Source: Oopsacas minuta
Lineage: Eukaryota > Animalia > Porifera
Length of the DNA: 64,000 nucleotides
Assembly: GCA_024704765.1 (NCBI GenBank)
Contig: JAKMXF010000314.1
Span: forward strand, 62,001-126,000
Direction: 5' to 3'
The notes beneath the pieces were generated by a model. That model was not told the origin of the DNA and searched no databases. It was given only the letters and a program-made list of their open reading frames with translations. The position numbers were made by a program, and so were the translations under genes. Below, in pieces: positions 36,151 through 48,178 of the stretch. Position 1 is the stretch's first letter, and every line of letters starts with the position of its first letter.

Positions 36151-37849
36151 TTGGGACTTAGGGTCTTGAATGTGTATTTTAGATTTATCCCCTATAAAAT
36201 GCAGCACTTTGGCCTGCTACTATTCAAGGTTCAATTGAGGTCGCGATTGTAATACTGGTCTAGGTGAATAGAACCGGCAATAGTCTGGTTGTTGGAGAGT
36301 TCAACCAGGATAAATTTGGTACAGGAAGAATATAGCATCATTAGAAACGCATTCCTTAGTAGAATAACATGTCAAAAAATCCGCTAAAATCTGTTTAAGG
36401 AAATTTTGTATAACGATTTACATTTAGGCGGTCCATAGTGAACTTCCGACAATCCCTTTTGCCACTTTGCACTTCCAAGTCCACTGACTTTATATCGCCA
36501 ACGCGTATAGTTCCCCCTTGAATAAGTGGTCACATAATTAGATTTGGGGAATTTTTTTCTTAGCAAGCTGGAATGTCCCAGGAATGTGACAACCTTCCAT
36601 GCTCAAAACTTATCCAAATTCTATCTAATGTCCCCTTGTTCGACACCGCTGGCTACCTGAGTCTAGTTATATTCATATAGACCCTTTAAATGATCATAAA
36701 ATAGACAAGATTTACCGGAACTGAGAAATATTCAACCAAGTTTCATATGTTTAAGTCAAAAATATCTTATATATTAAGCTGTCTAAAAAATAGAATTCGT
36801 GGCTAATCAGAAAAATGCACTCCGTTCAGATGATCTCTATTCACTGGTAACTCTGTACTTTTTGTACAACTGTTATCTACGTGTCTTCGTTGCAATTCAT
36901 AGAGTTTCTAGTAAATGGAGATAGGGTAATCCATCATCAGAAGAAGAATATTTCTGTAATTAGCCTCTAATTGGAGTTGTATCTAATGTATAATAATAAT
37001 AATATCAAATCAACGCCTGAGCTGATACAATGTTTTCCTTACGCCACCAGATTCAGCGTGATTCGGTACACATATCTGTTGAGGGAATGTCAATACCAAT
37101 ATTTAGAAATTTGGTAAATTTGTTAACATTATTTAAAAAATCAACAATAAATTTACTCTTGTGAAATTCAGATTCAGCTTACCCAACAACACATGTATAG
37201 TTGTTAAGTAGAAGTATTTACATATATTTTGAGATTTCAATTATTTGGTTGCATTATCTTGATAAAAACAACAATAAATTTACAAATGAGATACTTGGAT
37301 TGAACAAATTCGGATTTAGCGTACTTGAATACCCTATATGTCTGTGGAGCCCATGATTACATGTTGAAACCAAATCCAAGCATTCTTTTAAATTTTAAAT
37401 CGAAATGTATGGAACAGGATTAATCAGCTAAAAGGTACGAAATATACATATCAGAAAATGTCCAAAGTTGTTAATAGGGGAGCGAGCACATATATACCAA
37501 CCTTCCGACTAAGAAAAGTAAACAATATTCGAACTGTGAAATTATAATATAGTATATACTAGTTGGAACAGTAAAATATTTTATTACCTAAACTATAAGA
37601 CATTGGTTAAATATTGTGATATGCATCTGAAATTATAGTACAAGTTCCTCACAAATACTAAGGGTACATTAGGTATTCGTATTAAAAATGAGAAAAACTA
37701 GAAAGAAAATATTATGCAGCTCCCGTAAAATCGTGTTTAAAGATCATTAAAAGTGTCAATATGGATATACAGAGGTATTAGTTACATATATTTTCCCATT
37801 GCTCATTCTTACTATTGAGTTTTTCATAGCTTCTTACTCAAACTTTTCT

Positions 37850-38070
37850 GAAATTGAACAACGAGCGTATATAAAATTTCCCACGCTACTTGAATTCCTA
37901 TGACAGGCTATCCATGAAGACCTAGTTGCTGTTGTAGAGATGAGGCACCTTCCTATTCTACTGTTAGGAGATGGGTTAATATCTCTCCAGGGATGGAAGG
38001 TCTTCTGTGGAAGATGCACCTCGTTCTGGAGCTCCCAAATTGTCGACGAATGAAGATAAAAGGACTTAGG
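37850..38070 (+). pseudogene. mariner transposase 5' fragment
   Basis: EQRAYIKF..IHEDLVAV..APSYSTVRRWV..SVEDAPRSG read across frameshifts. Confidence 0.7.
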
Positions 38071-38985
38071 CGCGAATTTGAAGTTATTAGAGTGATTCAT
38101 AACCAAATGCACGCAAATAAGCTAGTATGGTGGGTAGAATTCCTATAAGCTATCAATTTGATTTCAGAAACTCGTGAAATTCAACTGTTTCTGGGGAAAT
38201 CTCAGAGAGATTTTCCAAAAGCTGACAATTAGGATAGGAATATAAACGCTGTCCTACAAATGCTTTACAATTGTCTACATTAAATGAATTTAGCTTTAGT
38301 TGGGTCCAGTCGAACATGAATACATTTTGAGATTTTTGTCAGCTTTTGAAATTATTCGATGGCAAATACATAATTAGTTTAATATCTATCAGATTCATGT
38401 ATGTAGAATTTCACATACAAACACACAAGATTACCTGTGTAAAACCACAGTATCAATTCTTTTACTACTTCAATTATAACAGCACTTTATTACATAATTA
38501 TCCTATAATATCATTAATAATGTTACGATAAACTCCAGTTATAACCAAGTCGGTTACAACGGAGTTCTAATGGTCCGTAAATCCCTTCATCTGATTACAT
38601 ATTGCTATAAACTTCGTTTGTAACGAAATAGATAGACGGGACAACCAGAGATTTCTAAAATACACGGACTTTCAACTTCAGATTACGGTGAAATTTGCGT
38701 AGGATAACAGAAGACATCATAGTATACTTCTGGATATCCCAGAATTCGCTAATGTTAGACACTGAAAACGTATTACGTATAGGAAGTGATATTTTGAGAG
38801 TCAAACGGTAACATTGGTTTAGACGAAATATTAGTAGAATGTAAGTTATACGTTCACGCATTTCCATATATGGTAATATCCTTATTACATCGACATCAGT
38901 CAGCATCGGACAAAAAAATGCACGAACTTCACTTCGAGCGGAATGAGTATACTACCTAATATTGGAAATACATGTCATGTGTCTA

Positions 38986-40323
38986 CAGGGTGTTTCACAA
39001 TTGATGTCGTATTTTCTAAATTTGTTTATTATGCACCCATTTAATAATATCTGTGTATTTAAACTTGCAATCGTAATTAATCTTACAGGGTTCTATTGAG
39101 TAATTATTTCATTCATCAATCGAAACATTTTATAGCTTCTATTTCCATATCCAAATTGGGCTAATTATTTGCATAATATAATGGTGAAAGAATACAGTAT
39201 CATGATTCGCTCACAGGCTGTTGGCATGCTACAAGCTGGCTCTTCTTAGAAGTTTGTATCTCTTAAACTTGGAGTAAAAAATATCCGTACAGTTCAGCGT
39301 TGGTGGCGACTTTTCAAGAATGATTTGACATTAGAAAACAAAGGGGACGTGGCCGTAAATCGTCCATATCGAAAGTTGCCAAGATTGTAATTACTAAATC
39401 AATTGGCAAAAAACGACAGTCTGTACGTGGTCTATCCAAGAAATTAAAGTTGAAAGGTCATTCCGTATCTCAGAGTACAGTGTACCGTTATTTGACAAAA
39501 GAAAAGGGCGTAAAATCTTACAAACGCCAGTGGCAGCCGTTAATAACAGAGAAAAACATGGCTGCTAGGTTAAAATTTTGTAAAGAATGTCTCAATTGGA
39601 CAGCAAATGATTGGAAAAACATATTATTTACAGATGAATCACCGTTTGAGTTAAATCATCCCCCAAACAGGAAAAATGATTGTGTTTGGGCGAGAAACGC
39701 AGTGGATGTCGAGCCCGTTCAGATGGTGAAATTTCCAAAGAAAATTCAAGTATGGGGTATGATGTCACATCGTGCACTGTCGGAGTTACATTTCATTCCC
39801 GTTGGACAAACTGTATCTGCAGATTACTATGTTAGTGAGATACTGGGTAAAACTTTAATGTCTACAATGCACAGAAAGCGAGAAAGAGGCACAGTTGTTG
39901 AGAGGAAAATGTTAAAAAATATGTCCCGTGCGATATTTCAACAAGATGGCGCTCCAGCTCACACGGCAAACATGACACTAAATTGGTTGAGAATTTACCT
40001 AAAGAGTTTTTGGGCGAAAGGTACCTGGCCAGCCAACTCTCCAGACTTGAGTCCCATTGAGAACATATGGTCGATTTTGAAAGATGATCTAGATTCAATA
40101 GGTGAGATAAAAGACATAAAAATGTTGGAAAATCGACTGAAAACAGCATGGTCCAATATTTCACCAGAGGTTTTGGACAAATTGATGGATGGAATGCCAA
40201 AACGAATCCATAAGTGTATTGAACTTAGTGGTGGATATATTGGCAATTAATTGTAGTAATATATCTAGTATTCTATTAGTTATGTAATATTGTATAACAC
40301 GACATCAATTGTGAAACACCCTG
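38986..40323 (+). mobile_element. Tc1/mariner transposon with a DD37E transposase (39181-40250; one TAG, one frameshift)
   Basis: TIR CAGGGTGTTTCACAATTGATGTCGT at both ends with TA TSD; FTDES, FQQDGAPAH, and SPDLSPIEN with 37 residues between the second D and the E. Confidence 0.95.
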
Positions 40324-41254
40324 TAGACTCCAGAAAAGTATTATATTTGGAAACAATGCCTTTCTGGAGTCTGGTTGGTTAGTAAGCACAAATTGAGCGA
40401 AATCACTCCAAATTGCTTATCTTAGCTGCAATGTAGAGCGATATATATTGATCTTTGATCAAAATATTGACTTACAAGATAAACTAAAAATGTCATCCAT
40501 GGTCAATACTATTACTCGGGAACGTGCAGACATTAACATGACAAATCTTTTGATATTTTTGTATTAAAAATACTTAAATTTCATGGAATTCATTGTTGTA
40601 AAACTCGAGGTTTAATGAACACTATATTTCAAAATGGGACCAGTTTTCTTACATATTCAGCAAGCAAGTTATCAGTTAACGTTATTTCGTCCTGGAAATA
40701 CTTTGTAGATAATGAATAATCTCATGTGTCAATAATTCATTTGTATGTTGTTGGACTTGTAATTTCAATTTATCACAGCAGAAAATAAATAAATTAAATA
40801 GGCCATATATCAATAGCTATTTAGTAGGTCATTCTGGATAAATCGTTTAACCAAGGAATATTCTCTAATATAATAGTTGATACGGAGATGATCTAATATG
40901 TAATGCTAGGGATTAATATAGCATAAAATAAAATATCCAAGTCACAGGGTTTCATCAAGGTTCTCAGGAAACTTTGATGAAACCCTTTTCACCAGTAAGT
41001 CACGATACGATGGTGGGTGCGAGAGATATGTTAGTAGGTCGGGAATGTAGGACTTATTTTTGAAACTTAGAGAATATATATATAACTAGGCGTGGTTAAA
41101 TAATTGGGTTTTAAATGCCGTTAGTGTCTAATTGCATAAATAGAATGCGTATTTTTAATATATATACGTGTATATGAAGAAATCTGATATATTACTTTTC
41201 CATGAATAAAAATACAATTAATAACGCGCGGAAGGTGATTATTGAACGAATTCA

Positions 41255-41482
41255 CTAATCAGTAAGGTCGTCGTTGTAGTAAAGTTGAATCTGTGGTAAA
41301 GATTCATCTTCATTTAGTCTTAATCCATAATACTGCTCTTCTTCATCAACTATTCCGTTTTGTTCAAGGGTTTTACCCATATCCAAATTTTTTCCTTTAA
41401 ATTTCCATGTATAATTGAAGCCGTGTTGATTAAACTTAAGATATCGGTATCCTATTTCTAAGATGCTTTCTTCGTTGCAAAC
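41255..41482 (-). CDS. CYB5D1: Cytochrome b5 domain-containing protein 1, last coding exon
   Basis: Acceptor TATTTAG, then VCNEESILEIGYRYLKFNQHGFNYTWKFKGKNLDMGKTLEQNGIVDEEEQYYGLRLNEDESLPQIQLYYNDDLTD*, matching the CYB5D1 C-terminus (RYL.YN.HA.SYTWK..G.NL.M..TLEENG..FNDDLTE). Confidence 0.9.
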   Translation of the reverse strand, partial: VCNEESILEIGYRYLKFNQHGFNYTWKFKGKNLDMGKTLEQNGIVDEEEQYYGLRLNEDESLPQIQLYYNDDLTD

Positions 41483-42309
41483 CTAAATACATTACAAGAT
41501 GTAAAGAAACAAGGGGTACTCACATGCTCAATTCCAATGATAATGAGATTTATTTAATGATTACAGATTTACCTGACCTTAGCATTCTATTCATAAGGCA
41601 ATGTCGCGCTTACCAAATTGAAACAAGGGATAAGCTAGTAAATATATATACATACAAAGGAAAATATTCGTACTCATAATATGAAAATGTTACAATAGTA
41701 ATCGTGGATTGGGAGAAAAGTGACAATAACAATACGGAGTATATGTATTTGCATATATATATATGCATTAAACCAATTGAGTGCAGGGGAATAATGCAGT
41801 TCCCATTACTAGTGCCACGTCATTTTCCTCGTTTTCACAAATTTTGTTGTCAAAAGTTTTCTGCATATCAAACTAAACTAAATACTAATACTACATATAA
41901 TGTGGTGAGAATTATCTCGTGAATAAGTATTTCATGCAACTTCGTATGTACGCTAACAGAACAAAAGTATATAAACAACACAAATTATACTATTGTACAT
42001 CTTGGCCAAATGGTGAATATTTGAATATGCATAAGGTGTTATGCTTGGAATTCTGCCATAGGTGCTATCATCTATTCTGATTTTGAACATAACATTAATG
42101 TTTCTCTACCACGTCTGGGTTTTTGGAAAATAATGAATTTAATTTATTAAATTTTCTCATAATTTTATCTTTAACCTTCAGGAAATTAATATATATTACA
42201 TTAATTTCTATATATTTAGATTCAATGATAATTCTTACGTCAAGTAGGCCTTATGTACTTCATTTTTGCATTTTTGCCAAATGATTGAACATACGGTATT
42301 CAAATTACT

Positions 42310-42930
42310 GAATTTTACAGGTTTCGGCGACGGAGCCCACTCACACAACTTTCAAGAATTGTCGGTATTCATAAGTTCTGAAGAAAGCTACTTAATTACT
42401 TAATTATTTTCTGATATATGGCCAAGTAGATGGTACGTCATTATAGCATTACATAAATACGACTGCAATAATAAAATAATGGCTTGCATCTGTGTACATA
42501 TATTTGAGAGAAGCTTCAACAAGACAGACATTAAGTCCCTTAGAAATCCAAATTCGACTTCAAAATCTAGACATGTGTATTCTTAGATGATGTGAATGAC
42601 GGACATCTATACTATTAAAACGAATTAATCTATACATTTATATGTATATATATGTTTGTATGGTCAGAATAGATTGAAAAAACTGGAGCAATCCGAGGGC
42701 TGATTTTTGGCATACAGTGCTATTTTGGGTATGGCTCGTGAAATTAGTGTCGGAAGAAAATTAACTCATAAATGAAAAATTGACATCATTGTCACCTTTT
42801 GGAGCGGTCGTTGTGACGTAACTACATGATGAAGTAACATATATTTGACCATATATCAGTAAAAATTTAAAAATAAAGTAGCTTTCTTCAGAACTTAAGC
42901 AGAGCGATTATCAGAAGCTGTAAAATAGAC
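42310..42930. mobile_element. Foldback/MITE in the CYB5D1 intron
   Basis: Inverted blocks AAGTTCTGAAGAAAGCTACT / AGTAGCTTTCTTCAGAACTT and CTGATATATGG / CCATATATCAG. Confidence 0.55.
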
Positions 42931-43582
42931 AAACTGCCTTGTCAGAAATACTAGGACCATTTAGGCTGCTGAAGTTAGGGTGAGGGTGTGGCTCACTTGA
43001 CTGCAGCTTTCAAAATACGAATAATTTAAACGCAATAAGACCCATTAATTTGGCAAGATAAAAAATGAAGCTCATGATGTAGTCTTCACGAATGAATGAT
43101 CAGTAAATACAAATATATATAAATTAATAGAATAAATATCAATTTCCTGAAAGTCCAAGATAAAAATGTGAGAAATATATCACAAAATAGAAAATGAAAT
43201 TCTCATTACGCAGAACAAATGTGGAAAGACAAGTTATTATCGGAATCAGAATTGGAGAAAGCATCTAGTGAAATACGTATACCTTGTTTGTGTTTTACTT
43301 TTGCTGTTGAACTGTGTTTATAATAATTGTCAAAACCCCAATACGGTATATAATGGATATAGCGATAAGGTCGAGGAGACAGAACTGTATTTTATGAAAG
43401 ATCTGTTGCGTAGGATTTTGACCCGCATGTAGCATTCCAAATCAAGTAATATCAACATTTCATCCCTAGTCACATAGTATTCGTATTTATACATGTGTGA
43501 CTTCCTAAATGCACACACTAACATTTTACTTTGTCTCTAGATTTCAACATCAACACTTATATTACTTTTGACATTTTTCATT

Positions 43583-46500
43583 ATGGATGCAACAGAGTAT
43601 GGAGCAATTGGTGAATACCTCCAGACGAATATTATCACACCAGAAATCAAAAGTGATCGCTACAGAAAGAAGAAGTTTGTCAGAGAGTGCAAGGGGATTT
43701 ACTGTCAAGAGAATAAGCTAATGAAGGTATATTCCTTAACTGATATTTTTGATTTATACTTATTTCCGAGACATAATTAGAAATCTTGAGGCAGCTACAT
43801 ATGTGTGAGGAGGCAGATATGTAGTTGCCTCATTAAATTTGCGTATCATAGGGAGATGAGAAGGGCGAAAACGCTAGGGGCTCCTCTGCCCCTCAATGCT
43901 ACCAATAACCTCTGCGTTTAACTAGAATAATTTTCTTGTAGATTTTCAGAAAGAAGAATGGCTGTGTGAAATACTTGGAGATTCCACTAGTCTCAGAAAT
44001 TGACAACATTATCGGATTCTATCACAATGTCACTCATCCTGGAATCAACACTACCATTGATGGAATCTGAAACAAATATGATTGGAATGGCATATACAAT
44101 GATGTTGGATCCTACGTGAGTTACTAAATTACGTAATTCTTTCATATAGGATTTTCCAAGAAAATGTGGCTGAGAACACAGACTTACCAACACTCCAGGG
44201 ATTCCTGGATTACAAATTTTGAAAATCCAGGGATTTAGCAACGAAAATCCAGGGAAATTTGCAAAAAGGGTTGGTAAGTCTGAGAACAGCATGTAGTTTA
44301 TAGTTTAAGGTTATTCACCTTGCAATTATTCTACTGAATACAGCTTTATTTGTGCGATTGTAAAATTTTTATTGTGCGATCTGATGATATTTAGTATACC
44401 GGTATACAATTTTATCATATGGAAATCTATTTGTGCGGTACAACCAACCAACCATGTATCTCACAACGAAGGATCCTTGCGGTAGTTAGTAATTGGGATA
44501 GGTAATGGGAATATTTCACATAAACACATTTGTCAACCTGGATGAAGAAAAATCGGGACAGAATGCTAATTTAGTGGACATCTGGGGCGTAGCAAATTAC
44601 ATTAGACTGGACTACAAACTGACAATTAAATCATTTCCCGTTCTAGATCCGAACTTGCCATGACTGTCAAACCTCTGCTGCTCTACCTCCTCAGCCACAA
44701 CAAGAGCTTCAACCTGTTCCTCCTCCTGGAGAACCATGGTGTCATTGTGGAATTGATCTCATATGCAATATCCCTCGCACTGTACTTTGGTTTCAGCACA
44801 TTCTTGTCATCGTGTGCTACCTGAGTAAATTTGTAATTGCCCGACCACTCAAGACTAAAACTTCTAAAGAAATATTGGATTGTTTACAGGAAATTTATCT
44901 CTCATTCGGTGTGCCTAACATCCTCCAACATGATCAGGGAACAGAATTCTCAAGCAAGGTAACTCATATTTTTACATACTCGAGATTAGTAATTGTAAAT
45001 ACACCAAGTAAATTATTCCTGATACACAATGCAACTTACTATATTGGATATACGTACGTAACAAGTTGCATTGTCAATTGTCAACGCATTGCTTCAATAT
45101 ATACCCTGGTAGGAAATTATGCGTCCTGATGGCCATATTTAAGAAACCGTGTGGAAAATTGGATTTTAATTTATGTTAAATACTAATAAATAAGAATTTA
45201 CGAATTAATGCTACTAACTTCGGGAGGAAAATTTACCTTATTAATCGTTTTATCTTTCTTACTATTGTTGTACAAGACTAAATACATGCGGGTAGTAGAT
45301 TGTCATTGTTCTCTTATTTACTTTCAAAATAGGAATTTCAGGAATTTCACAAGAAGATAAATATCAACACCAGAAGAACCACAGCATACCACCCACAAAG
45401 TAACGGACTTGTTGAATCACACAACAAAATATTGAAAACGTGAGTATTGATGCTAATTATAAATATATACCTATGCTAAGCCTTACATACGTTTAATACA
45501 CGTCGTTTATAATTAGATAGCTTTGAATCAATTTAACACTTTTACAAATAGAAAAATCAACAAGATGCAATCTGATGGGGACACTGAATGGACAGAGAAA
45601 TTACAGACAGCAGTACTAGCAGCAAATACTCAAACCAAAAATCTCTACAAGCTACACACCCTTCTATCTCATGTTTGGGAGAGACTTTGATTCATCTAAC
45701 CTTCTCAATCTTATCACTTCTCCAACTAACCCCGGATTACTAACCGAAGCTGATATCTCAGAGGCAGAAGTATCAGAAGATGAGAATATTCAAATGGATG
45801 CAAACGAACCACGCCCATTTGACTTTCCTATAATTGATAACGAATGGATAGAAAATCTTTCTTCCACACGTAAAGCTGACAGGATGACTGCTATTGAAAA
45901 CATCAAGGCTGGTCAGAAAGTTCAAAAGAAAACATATGACAGCAAAGTTAAACACAACAGGTAAGCAATAACGAAACACAGTCTTGTTGTGATGTAACAT
46001 GTTGGAATTTCATACATCATCTCTTACTAAAATTAAATTAAATTCACTGACTGTTGTATATTCAGATAAATATGAAATAATCTTGAATCGGAACTAATCT
46101 ATTGTTTCCTCAATTATATGAATTCTTAAATTCCAAAACACTTACTTTTAGTTATATAATTAGCATCATTACAAACTGTACGTAATTGGCACATTATTTT
46201 CTTTGTATAATCATTGTGTAAACTTTAGATCAGAATTTGTGGAAGGAGATGAAGTACTTGTACATAATATAAAGAAAGCCAAGCGACTCCCAGGAACAAA
46301 AGATGCAAAGAAATATTTGGGGCCATATACAATAGAGAAAGTTAAACCAAGCCACCTAGTTGCTCGCAAAGACCCAGATAGCAAAACAACAAAATTACCT
46401 ATCCATCTATCAAGAAAATATCATTCTCGCATGAACGAAAAACGGCAGGTTCGAACGAAGACAGGCAAATCAAAGAAGCCCAAAAGATCTTGCAAATTCC

Positions 46501-47915
46501 CTTCTAGCGGTAAATATATTAGCGAGACAATATTGTACTGAACTATAACTAATTGACTCAGCCCATGATTAAGTACATATAAACTAGTTGTGTTCTGTAT
46601 TGATTCGATTAATATGTAATAGCAATCCTACATTTCACATATTTATTTGTATTTAGATTCTTTGGATGATATATTGAACCTGGATACCATGGAAGAAACA
46701 TTTGAAACACCGCAACAACACTCAATCTATGAAAATATCGATTCTGAGCTACTTCAATTGAAACCTCGAATACTATCAGCTCTTGTCAATGACACATACT
46801 TAACCCAACTACATGAGAAACTCGCTACAAAAGCTGCATCTCTAACTTCATTGAATTTACTATATTCTTACCATCCACCCGACGAACTAAATTTTGAGAT
46901 TAAGGAGAAACTTGCTGTATCAGCCGGTAATTGGTACGCAGAATATCGTTCCTCCTATCCTACTGAAATACCTGAAGAGACACGAAGAGATCTTGACTAT
47001 CCGATTGCTGTTCTATTACCAGTAATAATTGAGTTAATATTCCCAACTGAGCAAGTTCATGAGATCATTGAAATACCGGAACAATCTATACAAAATGCAT
47101 CAGATCTTATCCCATATCCTAAATGGGGAGGAGAGTATAACAACACCGTGTAATCTAACACCTGTTCTATCGACAATATATTGGCTATTCTTAGTTCGAA
47201 TAAAGCAACCATCATAGACTCACTGAAGTTAATCGGAAGTACACATATTGAAGCTGAATTCTACTACATATTCCAATTGGCTGCTAATTGTGAATTTGAG
47301 AAACTTCGAGAATATGTTGCTACTAAAATTGGGCTTGAAGTTATTTATGATTCCTCAGGATTGATACGGTCTTACGATTTCTTTGGATCAGAGGGTAACA
47401 TCATCAAATATTTACGAACAGAAGATTTGTGTAACGACAAATATTTCACTATCTTCCAATGCCACCAATGCACCAATATCTTTGAGACACAATCCATGAT
47501 TAGTAATATAGGAGGCGTTATTACAAACCTGGAATCATCTGTTAATCGAAGTCTCGTTCCTATTAAATGCAAGTCTTGTGGATCAACTACTGCTGTCTTA
47601 GAGAGGATATCTGGTCAATTCAAGTCAATACCTGTCATGCAAACAATTGAAATCGGACATCTACCCGAATTGCCAGACATTTTTGCAAGTGATATTGACA
47701 AACACTTTACCATCAGTCACAACCAACGGACACTTCACTACCAACTTGCTGGCTTTAGCATATTGAGTAATAGACACTTCTATTCAATCCTTTACCAAAA
47801 CGGGCAATTCTATAAATATGACGGAATGAGAGAACCAATTATCCAACTTTGGGACTGTGACACTTTCATCGGATCACTCAATACTGTATTCTATCTCTTG
47901 CACTCTTCTGACTAA
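43583..47915 (+). pseudogene. Ginger-type (Gypsy-integrase-like DNA transposon) gene, 7 exons: HHCC finger, D-D35-E integrase, GPY, and USP-like cysteine protease
   Basis: GT-AG exons 43583-43726, 43942-44115, 44647-44958, 45333-45439, 45552-45960, 46229-46509 and 46657-47915 join in compatible phases. Motifs YHN..HPGIN..CHDC, GIDLI, HDQGTEF, AYHPQSNGLVE, YTPFYLMFGR, LGPYTI, NTCSIDN, RHF..FYKYDGM. Lesions: TGA in exon 2, frameshift ~45640, TAA at 47151. No RT, RNase H or LTR seen. Confidence 0.85.
44179..44282. mobile_element. 104-bp MITE inside Ginger intron 2
   Basis: TIR CAGACTTACCAAC / GTTGGTAAGTCTG; internal TCCAGGGA repeated three times; AGAACA on both flanks. Confidence 0.65.
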
Positions 47916-47948
47916 TTCTTAGCGATTCACGACTCTTTTCCATCATTC

Positions 47949-48178
47949 GAAAGCGCTCAAAGGCAAGGTACATCGAACTTTGTGGGGACCTCTGCCCGAG
48001 GTTATTCAGGCAACGCAATCCCTATCATGGTGAGCCCAGATAATGGAAACGCGACCTGCAACAGCACATCCCCAGTGGCGAATATCATCACTCTACCATC
48101 TAAGTATATTGCGAGAAAGGCAGCGCAACTGACGAGTCTACGCCGAGACGAAATACAGCATGGAATCAGATACAAGCG
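47949..48178 (+). repeat. GC-rich non-coding repeat carrying a hammerhead ribozyme (copy 1; retrozyme/SINE-like)
   Basis: Homologous to 53585-53817 (-). Differences are mostly non-synonymous in the frames checked; TGGGGA/TCCCCA and the ATCATGG(T/C)GAGCCCAGAT hairpin are retained. Confidence 0.75.
48104..48156 (+). ncRNA. Type III hammerhead ribozyme, predicted cleavage after A48108 (AUA triplet)
   Basis: GTAT-A-TTGCG-agaaaggcag-CGCAA-CTGACGA-GTCT-acgccg-AGAC-GAA-ATAC: complete core with fully paired stems I (5 bp), II (4 bp) and III (4 bp). Confidence 0.82.

Noticed and set aside
43583-47915. Gypsy LTR retrotransposon interpretation
   Set aside because: No gag, protease, RT, RNase H or LTRs; six spliceosomal introns point to a DNA transposon or derived gene.
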